Source: a virus (taxonomy: Duplodnaviria > Caudoviricetes). Taken from it: 64,000 bases of DNA. The stretch is from positions 224,001 to 288,000 of IMG/VR virus record IMGVR_UViG_3300037780_000034. One strand, written 5' to 3'. The position numbers and the translations under genes were made by a program. Within the stretch, counting starts at the first letter, position 1. Each line of letters starts with the position of its first letter. Under the pieces are notes generated by a model, which saw nothing but the letters and a program-made list of their open reading frames with translations, did not search any database and was not told where the DNA came from. Of the stretch, positions 31,886-41,561 are shown in pieces.

Positions 31886-31893
31886 TATAAATA
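31886..31893 (+). promoter_or_regulatory. T4-type late promoter for the portal gene
   Basis: Exact TATAAATA 30 bp upstream of the portal ATG. Confidence 0.6.
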
Positions 31894-31922
31894 TACATAT
31901 AATAAAGAAAGAGTTTAAAAAT

Positions 31923-33653
31923 ATGTCTTGGAAAAAACATTTTACCGTATATCAAACAAAAAATAAAAGTTCTGGTAGTGCAAAAGAAGGATACAATAGT
32001 AGATTTCAAAGTTGGCTTCCAGAAGTTTATACTGGTATGCCAAACAGAACTGAAAGATATATGCAATATGATCAAATGGATATGGATAGTGAAATCAATA
32101 TGGCATTGGATACTATTGCAGAATTTGCTACACAAATTGACGAAAAAACTGCATCACCTTTTCAAATAAACTATAAAAACAATCCAACTGAAAGTGAAGC
32201 AAAAATAATAGAACAATCTCTTAAACAATGGTGTAATATCAATGACTGGGATAGACGTATATTCAGAACATTTAGAAATGTTATAAAATATGGAGACCAA
32301 CCATTTGTTCGTGATCCAGAAACTTGGGAATTATTATACGTAAACCCTCAAGATGTTATTGGTGTAGTAATAAATGAAAGTGAAGGCAAAGACCCAGAAC
32401 AATATATACTTAAAAATTTAGATTTAAATATACGTGATAAAACTGCTACTACTCCTATTGGTATAAACAAAACCACTGGTGGAATATCGCCAAGCACATT
32501 TACACAACCAACAAGACAAACTGTTAATACAAGTTATAGTCAACAATTAGCATATGGAACAAATGAAGAAGTATATGTAAATGCAACTAATATTGTTCAT
32601 ATCGCTATGACCGAAGGTATGGATAGTAATTATCCTTTTGGAAGTAGTATACTTGATCCTATATTCAAAACATATAAACAAAAAGAATTGCTTGAAGATG
32701 CAATTATAATATATCGTGTTCAGCGTGCTCCAGAAAGACGTGTCTTTTATATAGACACGGGTGATATGCCACCACACCGTGCAAATTCATTTTTGGAAAG
32801 AGTTAAGATGGAAGTCCATCAAAAAAGAATTCCAAATAAAACTGGTGGAGGAAGCACAATTATGGATGCACAATATTCTCCTCTTAGTATGTTAGAAGAT
32901 TACTTTTTTGCCCAATCAAGTGATGGCCGTGGTTCAAAGGTAGAGGTTTTGCCCGGTGGTGATAATCTTGGCGAAATAAGTGATTTACAATTCTTTACTG
33001 ATAAAATGATGAGGGGGTTACGAATTCCATCAAGCTATATGCCAATGGCTCACGATGACAGTGGTCCAAACTTTACAGATGGTAGAGTAGGAACTAGCTT
33101 TATTCAAGAATTTAGATTTAACAAATATTGTATGAGATTGCAAAATATAATACAACCAGTGTTTGATAGAGAATTTAAAAGATTTATGAAGCATCGTGGA
33201 TTTAACATTGATTCAAGTATATTTGATTTACGATTTGGTGAACCACAAAGTTTTAGCGATTATCGTCAAATTGAATTGGATAGTGCAAAAGCTGGTGTAT
33301 TTGGACAAGTTGAAGGAACTGCATATTTAAGTCGTAGATTTGTTCTAAAAAGGTATCTTGGACTTACTGATGATGAAATTCTTGAAAATGAACGTTTATA
33401 TTTTGAAGAAAATAGTGATAAAGTTATAAAAAATACCTCTGTTGATAGTGGGCTAGGTGGTTCTGGAATGGACGATATGGGCTTTAGAACAAATGATTTT
33501 GAAGGTGATTTAGAAGGCGGTGATGATTTTGATTTAGGTGGCGAAGGCGATATCGGAACAGAAACACCATCTGATGAAGGTTCAGCATCACCATTAGGAG
33601 GTGGTGAACCACAAACGCCACCACCAACTGGCGGAACACAAGGAACAGTATAA
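31923..33653 (+). CDS. gp20: Portal vertex protein, T4 gp20-like
   Basis: LLEDAIIIYRVQRAPERRVFYIDTGDMP...SMLEDYFF...GRGSKVEVLPGGDNLGEI. Confidence 0.93.
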   Translation: MSWKKHFTVYQTKNKSSGSAKEGYNSRFQSWLPEVYTGMPNRTERYMQYDQMDMDSEINMALDTIAEFATQIDEKTASPFQINYKNNPTESEAKIIEQSLKQWCNINDWDRRIFRTFRNVIKYGDQPFVRDPETWELLYVNPQDVIGVVINESEGKDPEQYILKNLDLNIRDKTATTPIGINKTTGGISPSTFTQPTRQTVNTSYSQQLAYGTNEEVYVNATNIVHIAMTEGMDSNYPFGSSILDPIFKTYKQKELLEDAIIIYRVQRAPERRVFYIDTGDMPPHRANSFLERVKMEVHQKRIPNKTGGGSTIMDAQYSPLSMLEDYFFAQSSDGRGSKVEVLPGGDNLGEISDLQFFTDKMMRGLRIPSSYMPMAHDDSGPNFTDGRVGTSFIQEFRFNKYCMRLQNIIQPVFDREFKRFMKHRGFNIDSSIFDLRFGEPQSFSDYRQIELDSAKAGVFGQVEGTAYLSRRFVLKRYLGLTDDEILENERLYFEENSDKVIKNTSVDSGLGGSGMDDMGFRTNDFEGDLEGGDDFDLGGEGDIGTETPSDEGSASPLGGGEPQTPPPTGGTQGTV

Positions 33654-33868
33654 TGAATATTATAAAAGAATATTATGAAGCAGAAAATGATAATTTTACA
33701 AAACATTATCCAGACGATACCAGAAAAGTTCACTTATCATTGCGTCATTTAAACTTATTGAGAAAAAGAAGAGAATTGCAAAATCTTGAAAATCAAGCAA
33801 GAATTGAAAGATTAAAATTAATATATGGAACATCAAGTGACGAGGGTGGTGGCGATTTTGGATTATAA
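33653..33868 (+). CDS. Small conserved head-module protein (gp67/68 position)
   Basis: 71 aa, coupled to the portal stop codon (TAATG). Function is inferred from position only. Confidence 0.55.
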   Translation: MNIIKEYYEAENDNFTKHYPDDTRKVHLSLRHLNLLRKRRELQNLENQARIERLKLIYGTSSDEGGGDFGL

Positions 33869-33927
33869 ATACTAAAATATGCGTTTTTTAGCCTTAAAAA
33901 GCATATTTTTGATTAAAAATATAAATA
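33864..33927 (+). promoter_or_regulatory. Two T4-type late promoters (33864-33871, 33920-33927)
   Basis: Two exact TATAAATA copies in the gap before the prohead-core genes. Confidence 0.55.
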
Positions 33928-33981
33928 AAATTGATTGTATATGACAACGCTGTGTCACATATATAAAAGGAGTATTAAATA

Positions 33982-34863
33982 ATGAGCACAAAAAAATTAG
34001 AAAGTGTTTTACAACTTCTTATAAATGAAGAAACTGACAAAGCCAGTGAAATTCTTCATAATATAATTGTTGAAAAATCACGTAACATCTTTTTGAATAT
34101 GATCAAAGAAGATGAAGATTTAGAAAAAGCTATGACAGAAGCAGAAGATGACGAATATGATTTTGATGTTTCTGATATGGAAAATGATTTAGAAGATGAT
34201 ATTTCAGACGATGTTGAAAACTACGACGACATGATTGATTCAGAAGAAATGTATGAAGCCGATGATGATGACGACGAAGATGAAATGGATATGGATGATG
34301 CAGAAATGGATTTGTCAGATGAAATGTCTGATGAAGAAATGGCTGATGATGAAATGGATATGGACGATGCAGAAATGGACATACCTGATGATGGAATGGA
34401 TATGGACAATGCAGAAATGGACATACCTGATGAAGAAAAAATACAACAAGCATTAGATGAATTACAAGCATTTTTTGATGAATACATTGGCGATTCTGAT
34501 GACGATGAAATGAATGATGATTTTGGTGCAGAAGAAACAGATACTGAATATGATTACGACGAAGATGAAACATCTATGGATGATGAAATGTCTATGGATG
34601 ATGAAATGGACGATGAAAAAATCAAAGAAAGTGTTCAGTTGAATAAAGTTGCTGCCCCTTCAAATAAAGTTGGCGATGATGGAAAATCATCACCTGTTGC
34701 AAAGGGTAAAGGCCACGACCTCGGCAAACCAATGAAAAATGCTATTGTTAATAAGGAAGAAACTGGTGGAACTGCTACAAAACCAAAAGAACTTGGTGTT
34801 CCTGGTCCACAAGCACACGGTGCTAAAATGAAGCCTGCAACAGTTCGCAAAATGAAAGGTTAA
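33982..34863 (+). CDS. Highly acidic prohead core/scaffold-like protein
   Basis: 293 aa with an Asp/Glu/Met-rich centre (DEMDMDDAEMD repeats) and a basic C-terminus. It has a strong AAGGAG RBS and lies between portal and protease. Confidence 0.6.
   Translation: MSTKKLESVLQLLINEETDKASEILHNIIVEKSRNIFLNMIKEDEDLEKAMTEAEDDEYDFDVSDMENDLEDDISDDVENYDDMIDSEEMYEADDDDDEDEMDMDDAEMDLSDEMSDEEMADDEMDMDDAEMDIPDDGMDMDNAEMDIPDEEKIQQALDELQAFFDEYIGDSDDDEMNDDFGAEETDTEYDYDEDETSMDDEMSMDDEMDDEKIKESVQLNKVAAPSNKVGDDGKSSPVAKGKGHDLGKPMKNAIVNKEETGGTATKPKELGVPGPQAHGAKMKPATVRKMKG
34279..34435 (+). repeat. Three imperfect copies of a repeat encoding (D)EMDMDDAEMD
   Basis: gatgaaatggatatgga(t/c)gatgcagaaatgga at 34279 and 34348, with a variant near 34392. 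Confidence 0.8.
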
Positions 34864-34869
34864 TGGATA

Positions 34870-35505
34870 ATGTTTACGCCTCTTAGAGAAATAGTGTCTC
34901 CAACAAGTGCAAATATAGTAACCGAAGCTATTGATAATGGTTCCGGTGGAAAAGATTTGTATATGAAAGGCATTTTTATAGAAGGGGACAGACGAAATCA
35001 AAATAATCGTATATATCCTGTTAGTGAAATTAGTAATGCTGTTAAAACATTAAAAGAAAAAATTTCAAAAGGATATTCTGTTCTTGGTGAGGCAGACCAT
35101 CCAGAAGACTTGAATATAAATCTAGACCGTGTTTCTCATATAATAGTTGATATGAATATGAATGGAAGCAACGGAATTGGAAAACTAAAAATGTTGCCTA
35201 CCCCTATGGGCAATGTTTGCAAAACGTTATTAGAAAATAACGTAAAACTTGGAGTAAGTTCAAGAGGTAGTGGTGATGTTGATATGAATGGTAATGTGAG
35301 CGGATTTGAAATAATAACAGTTGATATTGTTGCAAATCCAAGTGCACCTAATGCATATCCTTCACCAATTTATGAAAATCTTATGAACCATCGTAGGGGC
35401 AATGTTATTTGGGATGTTGCCACTGCTTCTAAATTTGATCCAAGTGCACAAAGACACCTCCAGAAAGAGGTAATAAATTTCATTAGAGACCTGGGGAGAA
35501 AATGA
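34870..35505 (+). CDS. gp21: Prohead core protease, T4 gp21-like
   Basis: NQNNRIYP...LGEADHP...LGVSSRGSG...DIVANPSAPNA carries the His/Ser catalytic motifs. Confidence 0.93.
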   Translation: MFTPLREIVSPTSANIVTEAIDNGSGGKDLYMKGIFIEGDRRNQNNRIYPVSEISNAVKTLKEKISKGYSVLGEADHPEDLNINLDRVSHIIVDMNMNGSNGIGKLKMLPTPMGNVCKTLLENNVKLGVSSRGSGDVDMNGNVSGFEIITVDIVANPSAPNAYPSPIYENLMNHRRGNVIWDVATASKFDPSAQRHLQKEVINFIRDLGRK

Positions 35506-36605
35506 TGAACAAAACATTTGACAGTATAATGAACTCAGAGTTTCTTTCAGATGAAGTAAAGGCAAACATTTCTGAAGCTTGGGAAGCAAAAATGTCTGAA
35601 ATGCGTGATGAAATCACCGCAGAATTACGCGAAGAATTTGCAGCACGTTATGAAAATGATAAAGCACAAATTGTTAACGCAATGGACGCTATGCTTACCG
35701 ATGTAATAAAAGAAGAGTTAAATGAATTTGCTCAAGATAAAAAAGCACTACAAGAAGATAGAGTTGCTTATCGCAAAGCTATTAAAGAACACGCTAAAAT
35801 TCTTGATAAACAAATAAACGAAACTCTTGTAAAAGAAATTGCTGAACTTAAAGAAGATAGAAACCAGCAAAAAAATAATATTGCTAAACTTGAAGAATTT
35901 GTTTTAGCAAAATTAACAGAAGAATTAAACGAATTCCATATAGACAAAAAAGCGTTGGTAGAACAACGTGTCCGTATGGCTAAAGAAGGAAAGCGTGTAA
36001 TCGAAGAAGCCCGAACTCAGTTCATACAAAAATCTGCTAAAAAAGTTAATAAAATCATAGAAAACGTATTACGCAGCGAAATTAAAGTCTTAAAAGAAGA
36101 CATTAAAACCGCTAAAGAAAACGAATTTGGAAGAAAGATTTTTGAAACTTTTGCAACAGAGTTTATGACTAGTGCACTCTCAGAAGGAACACAAATTTCT
36201 AAACTTTCACGTAAACTAAAAGTTCTTGAAGCTAAGTTGAGTGAAAGTAGCAAACTCCTTGAAAATAAAGATAAAGCAATTATGGAAGCCCAACGTGCCG
36301 CAAGAATCGCAAAAGATTTAAGCAATCGTAAAGCTATCATAAATGAAATGCTTTCTCCGCTTAACAAGGATCAACGTGCGGTAATGACCTCGCTACTTGA
36401 ATCTGTAAAAACAGAAAAGTTGCGTGACTCTTTCAACAAATACTTACCAACAGTATTGAATGAAAATAATGTCAAAACTTCACACACTAAGGCAAAGCTT
36501 ACTGAAACCAAAACAGTTGTTACCGGGGATAGAGCTTTAAGAACCAAACCTGAAGTTGATGGTTCCGCCGAAATAATTAGAATTAAAAAATTAGCCGGTA
36601 TATAA
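35502..36605 (+). CDS. gp22: Major prohead scaffolding protein, T4 gp22-like
   Basis: 367-aa coiled-coil protein between the protease and the major capsid gene. Confidence 0.8.
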   Translation: MMNKTFDSIMNSEFLSDEVKANISEAWEAKMSEMRDEITAELREEFAARYENDKAQIVNAMDAMLTDVIKEELNEFAQDKKALQEDRVAYRKAIKEHAKILDKQINETLVKEIAELKEDRNQQKNNIAKLEEFVLAKLTEELNEFHIDKKALVEQRVRMAKEGKRVIEEARTQFIQKSAKKVNKIIENVLRSEIKVLKEDIKTAKENEFGRKIFETFATEFMTSALSEGTQISKLSRKLKVLEAKLSESSKLLENKDKAIMEAQRAARIAKDLSNRKAIINEMLSPLNKDQRAVMTSLLESVKTEKLRDSFNKYLPTVLNENNVKTSHTKAKLTETKTVVTGDRALRTKPEVDGSAEIIRIKKLAGI

Positions 36606-36627
36606 TAAACGCTAAGGAGATATTAAA

Positions 36628-37785
36628 ATGGCAAACCTATTCGAACAATGGTCAGCTACAAAAGAAGCACTAACTGACGGGCTGACTGGAAATCGTAAAA
36701 CAGTTATGGAAACAGTATTGGAAAATACTAAGCGTTCCTTAATGGAAAGTGCAACCACTGGTGCAACAATGGCTGGTAACGTAGCAACTTTAAACAAAGT
36801 TATTCTACCTGTTATCCGCCGTGTTATGCCAACAGTCATAGCCAATGAATTAGTTGGTGTTCAACCAATGACTGGTCCTGTTGGACAAATTCACACTCTA
36901 CGTGTGCGCTACGCTGAAACTGCTGCTGGTGTTACTTCTGGCCAAGAAGCACTAAGCCCATTTGCAATTGCAAGAGGATATGCAGGTAATGCAGCTACTG
37001 GTAAAGCAGAAGCTACAAGCACTCTTGAAGGACGCCCAGGCCGTAAACTTAACATTCAAATCGTTAAGCAAACTGTTGAAGCTAAGTCCAGAAAGCTAAG
37101 TGCACGTTGGACCTTTGAAGCTGCACAAGATGCACAAGCGATGCACGGTATTGATGTAGAAGCAGAAATTATGGCTGCTCTTGCACAAGAAATCACTACT
37201 GAAATTGATCAGGAAATTCTAACATCCTTGTCAACACTAGCTGGTGCTGCTGCTTACACCTTTGACCAAGGTGCCGTAAGCGGAACCGCAACTTTCGTTG
37301 GTGATGAACATGCTGCTCTTGCAGTTTTAATTAACAAAGCTGCCAACGATATAGCAGCACGCACGCGTCGTGGTGCTGGTAACTGGTTAGTTGTTAGCCC
37401 AAGCATCTTGACAGTTCTACAAAGTGCTACTACTTCTGCATTTGCAAGAACAACTGAAGGCGCTTTTGAAGCACCAACCAACACAAAGTTGGTAGGAACT
37501 TTGAACAACGTAATGAAAGTTTATGTTAACCAGTATGCAACCAATGATGACGTTCTTGTTGGTTATAAAGGTCAAAGTGAAAGTGATGCTGCTGCATTCT
37601 ACTGCCCATATGTGCCATTAATGAGCACTGGTTCAGTTCTTGATCCAGACACTCTAGAGCCAGTAGTTGGCTTCATGACGCGTTATGGTTATGTAGAACT
37701 TTCCAACACTGCTTCATCTTTGGGCAATGCTGCGGACTATCTAAACAAAATAGAAGTTACTACTGCAAACCTATCATTCTCCTAA
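36628..37785 (+). CDS. gp23: Major capsid protein, T4 gp23-like
   Basis: VGVQPMTGPVGQIHTLRVRY...TVEAKSRKLSARWTFEAAQD...FYCPYVPL...VVGFMTRYG, with strong codon bias. Confidence 0.96.
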   Translation: MANLFEQWSATKEALTDGLTGNRKTVMETVLENTKRSLMESATTGATMAGNVATLNKVILPVIRRVMPTVIANELVGVQPMTGPVGQIHTLRVRYAETAAGVTSGQEALSPFAIARGYAGNAATGKAEATSTLEGRPGRKLNIQIVKQTVEAKSRKLSARWTFEAAQDAQAMHGIDVEAEIMAALAQEITTEIDQEILTSLSTLAGAAAYTFDQGAVSGTATFVGDEHAALAVLINKAANDIAARTRRGAGNWLVVSPSILTVLQSATTSAFARTTEGAFEAPTNTKLVGTLNNVMKVYVNQYATNDDVLVGYKGQSESDAAAFYCPYVPLMSTGSVLDPDTLEPVVGFMTRYGYVELSNTASSLGNAADYLNKIEVTTANLSFS

Positions 37786-37811
37786 TAGAGAAGACACAGC
37801 GAGACTAAGGG

Positions 37812-37838
37812 AAACGGCCTTCGGGCCGTTTTTCTTTT
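37812..37838 (+). terminator. Intrinsic terminator with cUUCGg tetraloop after gp23
   Basis: AAACGGCC-TTCG-GGCCGTTT followed by TTCTTTT. Confidence 0.92.
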
Positions 37839-37843
37839 ATACA

Positions 37844-37872
37844 TTGACAACAATCCTTTTATGATATATAAG
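37844..37872 (+). promoter_or_regulatory. sigma70-type promoter for the nuclease array
   Basis: TTGACA-N17-TATAAG immediately after the gp23 terminator. Confidence 0.7.
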
Positions 37873-37945
37873 TATAGTTGGTATTTGAGTTACCATACAC
37901 TGATTCTATTGTTGTGTCAACTACAAGATAAAAGGATATTTGATA

Positions 37946-39754
37946 ATGTCGGACAATATAAAAAACAAAATATTAGAAATAATAACTAATAATCCCAGAC
38001 ATTATACAAGAATGATTAAGAGTAATAGTGAATTAAATGATTGGATATTATCCAATTCATATGAAATTGATAATTATGCAGAAAGAATATATGTTTCTAT
38101 TAATGGGGTTCCGTTAGAAAAAGAGTGTGGTAAGTATCCTAAATTTAATACAATATTTAAAGGATTTTTTGACTATTGTGGTTCTAAAACCAAATGCCAA
38201 TGTGCAAGAAATGCTCAAAGTAATGCTATTAAAAATATACACAATAACAAAAGTGATATTGAAAAAGAAAGAGAAAATGATAAGAGGGTTGCAACATTAA
38301 TAGAAAGATATGGTGTTTCTAATCCTATGTATTCTGTGGAATTCAAAGAAAAATTAAAAGAAACTAATCTTGAACGATATGGTGTTGAAAATCCATTACA
38401 AAGTAAAGAAATACAAGAAAAAATAAAACAAACTAATATTGAAAAATATGGATTTGAAAGTCCGTTACAAAATAAAGAAATCAAAAACAAAATAAAACAA
38501 ACTAATATTGAAAAATATGGTTCAAATCATAATATGCAATTTGCTCGTAAAAAACTATATAAAAAATATGATGGAAATCCATTTCAATCAAAAGAAATAA
38601 GAAAAAAAATAAAAGATATAATGAATGAAAAGTATGGAGTAAGCCATCCATTACAAGTTGAATCTTTTAAAGAAAAATCAAAACAAACCAGTATAGAGAG
38701 ATATGGGGTTGATAATCCTGCACAAAAGCATATTTCCAAAGAATCTTTAGAAATATTAAACTCAAAAGAATTATTTTGTGAATTCATAAAAGATAAAACT
38801 GTTTATGAAATATCAAAAGAACTTGGGGTTGAAAGCACATTAATATATAGGTCAGTAAAAAAATATGATGCACAAGATTTATATCAGAAAAAGGGACCAT
38901 CATATCTTGAAAGTGAAATGAAAGAATTCCTTGATATTCACAATATACCATATGAAATTAATAATAGAACTATTTTAAATGGAAGTGAATTAGACTTTTA
39001 TATTCCGGATTATGCTATGGCTATAGAAATGAATGGGGTATATTGGCATAATGATGTAGCACGTCCTGAGATAAAATATCATTATAATAAGTGGAAAATG
39101 TGTAGTGATCAAAAAATACATCTTGTAAGTATATTTGAAGATGATTGGAGGTTACAAAAAGAAAAAGTATGTAATATGTTATTGGGATTTTTCAGAAAGA
39201 AGCTAAAAGGTATTCCTGCAAGAAAATCACATATAGTCAAAATAAGTGGAAAAGTTGCAAAACCATTTTTAGATCAGTATCATTTGCAAAATTTTGTTAC
39301 AGGGACGCATTATGGAGCATTTGATGACAATGATAATCTTATTGGGGTTATGACCTTTGGCACTACTCGTAATGGTAGATTTGAGTTAAAGAGATTTGTT
39401 ATGGATAATTACAATCACGCAGGATTGTTTTCAAAGTTATTTACATATGCACAGCGTGACTTACAATTTAATGAAGTAGTAAGTTTTAGTGATAATACTT
39501 GTTTTACTGGTAATGTTTATAAAAAGAATGGATTTACATTTATCAAAGAAATTAAACCAGATTATCGTTACTTGATAAATGGAAAAAGAGTTCATAAAAG
39601 TAATTATACCAAACAAAGAATAAAATCAAACTTTCCAGAATTATGCGAATCTATTGATAATGGTATGAGTGAAATCGCTGCAATGAGTTATTTGGGAATT
39701 CCTCGTATATGGGATTGTGGAAAATGTGAATGGGTATGGAAATCAAATGACTGA
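37946..39754 (+). mobile_element. Homing-endonuclease-like nuclease-GNAT fusion, copy 2
   Basis: Same architecture as copy 1, with about seven KYG/RYG repeats, AIEMNGVYWH and FELKRFVMD...FSKLF...VVSFSD...GNVY. The start was moved to ATG 37946 because an AAAGGA RBS lies upstream. Confidence 0.7.
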
Positions 39755-41561
39755 TGATATAAAAAATAAAATATTAGAAATAATAACTAATAATCCCAGA
39801 CATTATACAAGAATGATTAAGAGTAATAATGAATTATACAACTGGGTTATTGATAACTCACTTATTGACAATAATATGCCATTATCACATCACATTTATA
39901 GTTCTTTATATAATGAAACAAATATTTGTGAAAATAATAAAACAAAAAAATTTAAAGATATTATTAGTGGGTTTGGATTTTGTGGTGTAGCAAAAATGTG
40001 TGAATGTTGCAAGTTATCTGTTTCAAAATCAGTTTCAGAAACATTATCAACAAAGACTGAACAAGAAATAAGCGAAATAAGCGAAAAGAGAAAACAGACC
40101 AACATAGAAAGATATGGTGTTGATAATGTTGGAAAAACTGACATTGCTATAGAAAATCATAAAAAGTTTTATAACAATGCGGTATTAGTTAATGGAGTAA
40201 AAGAAAAAATAAAACAAACCAATTTGAAAAAATATGGTGTTGAAAATCCTATGAAAAATAGTGATATTGTAAAAAAAGCAAAAGAGACTAATATTGAAAA
40301 GTATGGAGTAGAATGCACTTTACAATCACCACAAGTAATAGAAAAAACAAAAAATACTTTGTTAGAAAAGTATGGTGTTGAAAATATATTTCAAAATAGT
40401 GACATTAAAGACCAAATAAAATTAAAAAATATTGAAAAATATGGAACACAACATCCAATGCAGTTGCCTGAAATACGCAACAAAGTAAAAACTACTATTA
40501 TGAAAAAATATGGAGTAACACATAATAAGCATTTTCATATTAGTGAAGATGCATTACATATATTAAATGATAAAACAAAATTTTCTGAGTTTATTAATGA
40601 TAAACCAGTATATGAAATTTCAAAAGAATTAGGAGTCCATTCAAGCACTATATATGATTTTATTAATCGTTATGGTGTAAATCATTTGTATCAAAAACGT
40701 GGTCTTACTTATCTTGAAAGTGAAATGAAAGAATTTCTTGATACTCACAATATAACATATGAAATTAATAATAGAACTATTTTAAATGGAAGTGAATTAG
40801 ACTTTTATATTCCGGATTATGCTATGGCTATAGAAATGAATGGATTATACTATCATAGTGATATTATAAGACCAGATAAAAATTATCATTATAACAAATG
40901 GAAGATTTGCAAGGATAATAATATTCATTTAATTAACGTTTTTGAAGATGATTGGAATTTACAAAAAGAAAAAGTGTGTAATATGTTACTTTCATTTTTT
41001 GGCAAAAAAATGTCTGGAATACCTGCAAGGAAATCACGTATAGTTAAAATAAGTGGAAAAACTGCAAGACACTTTTTAGATCAATATCATTTACAAGGGT
41101 ATGTCGGTGGGACACATTATGGTGCATTTGATAACAATAATAATCTTATTGGGGTTATGACATTTGGCACTACTCGTAATGGCAGATTTGAATTGAAAAG
41201 ATTTGTTATGGACAACTATAATCACCCAGGTTTATTTTCAAAATTATTTAATTATGCACGGTGTGATTTAGAGTTTGATGAAGTAGTAAGTTTCAGTGAT
41301 AATACTTGTTTTACTGGTAATGTTTATAAAAAGAATGGATTTAGTTTAGTTGGGATATTAAAACCAGATTATCTTTATCTTGTTGGCAAAACACGTGTTC
41401 ACAAAAGTAATTATACTAAGCAAAGAATAAAATCAAAATTTCCAGAATTGTGTGAAGCTATTGATAATGGTATGACTGAACGCGAAGCTATGGACTTTTT
41501 GGGAATACCTAGAGTATATGATTGTGGAAAATGTGAATGGGTATGGAAAACAAATGTCTGA
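39747..41561 (+). mobile_element. Homing-endonuclease-like nuclease-GNAT fusion, copy 3
   Basis: Close paralogue of copy 2 with shared DNA blocks. The likely start is ATG 39747 (MTDDIKNKILE), which aligns with the copy 2 N-terminus. Confidence 0.7.

Noticed and set aside
33879-33965. Weak hairpins upstream of the acidic core gene
   Set aside because: They are AT-rich and imperfect, consistent with chance in this composition, and there is no independent support.
39717-41553. N-terminal extensions MENVNGYGNQ and MIVENVNGYGKQ in the ORF track
   Set aside because: They are alternate-frame readings of the preceding paralogue's conserved C-terminus. The paralogue-aligned starts are ATG 39747 and ATG 41554.
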